From a candidate division TA06 bacterium SM23_40 (lineage in GTDB: Bacteria; LJUI01; SM1-40): a stretch of DNA of 37,218 nt. Under the pieces are notes generated by a model. The model was not told the origin of the DNA. It saw only the letters and a list, made by a program, of their open reading frames with translations, and did no database searches. Both the position numbers and the translations under genes were made by a program. The stretch covers positions 1 through 37,218 of the forward strand of contig LJUI01000009.1 of NCBI GenBank assembly GCA_001303705.1. The letters run 5' to 3'. This document shows, piece by piece, positions 36,948 to 37,218 of this stretch; the stretch's first letter is position 1; the number at the start of each line of letters is the position of its first letter.

Positions 36948-37218
36948 TCATCGGACGAGTGCCTCGATGACCTTGCCTGCGGCCTCGCCCGTCGAGCCGA
37001 CCCAGACACTGATGCCAGCCACCCCCTTCAGTCCCTTCACCTTCTTCGCCAGCGGGTCTACCAGCGCGAAGACGCCATCGGGCCCCTTTCTCGCCGCCTC
37101 CGCCCACTCCTCTCCGAACGCCACACCTGGAAGTGTCCGCTCGAGGCGCTCGAAGTCTTCTCCCGTATCCGGAGCGGCCAGGCTGACGAGCACTGCAGGC
37201 TCGTTCAGCAGCCCCTCT
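36948..37218 (-). CDS. C-terminal fragment of a protein, possibly MetF (methylenetetrahydrofolate reductase)-like; 5' end outside the window
   Basis: Frame is open to the window edge. RTLPGVAFGEEW..KKVKGLKGVAGISVW loosely resembles the MetF C-terminal pattern PG..VP.E....GVAG(I/V)H(I/L)M. Confidence 0.4.
   Translation of the reverse strand, partial: EGLLNEPAVLVSLAAPDTGEDFERLERTLPGVAFGEEWAEAARKGPDGVFALVDPLAKKVKGLKGVAGISVWVGSTGEAAGKVIEALVR

Overview
GC-rich bacterial chromosome segment, almost entirely on the minus strand. FlgD-Ig-like secretion tails, multiheme cytochromes and Hdr genes suggest an anaerobe of the FCB/Latescibacteria-Eisenbacteria type (inference). The main observation is two paralogous lipoprotein genes (1..665, partial, and 3087..4511) that the ORF track splits at an in-frame TGA in a P-C-G-U motif. 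Each has a hairpin 22 nt after the UGA, and the two hairpins differ by a compensatory, fully synonymous base-pair change, so both are strong selenoprotein candidates. They carry a UshA/5'-nucleotidase-like fold whose metal ligands appear lost, and the complete copy is fused to a tetraheme c554-type domain. They sit with DUF362, an FG-GAP protein and alkaline phosphatase. The middle holds housekeeping genes (rlmN, tsaD, YbbR/CdaR, an ABC ATPase, clpB), a 63-aa protein with a QLDLF motif and a UVR-like helix, and a 16-17 bp tandem repeat. Next are four tandem, mosaic ~975-aa secreted papain-like proteases with a very Cys-rich catalytic domain. The right end has an orphan DNA methyltransferase, a tetraheme cytochrome, a ~21-heme membrane-anchored cytochrome and an hdrC-hdrB-GcvH/LbpA-like cluster behind a possible MetF-like gene. 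All family calls come from motif recognition by eye; no searches were run.
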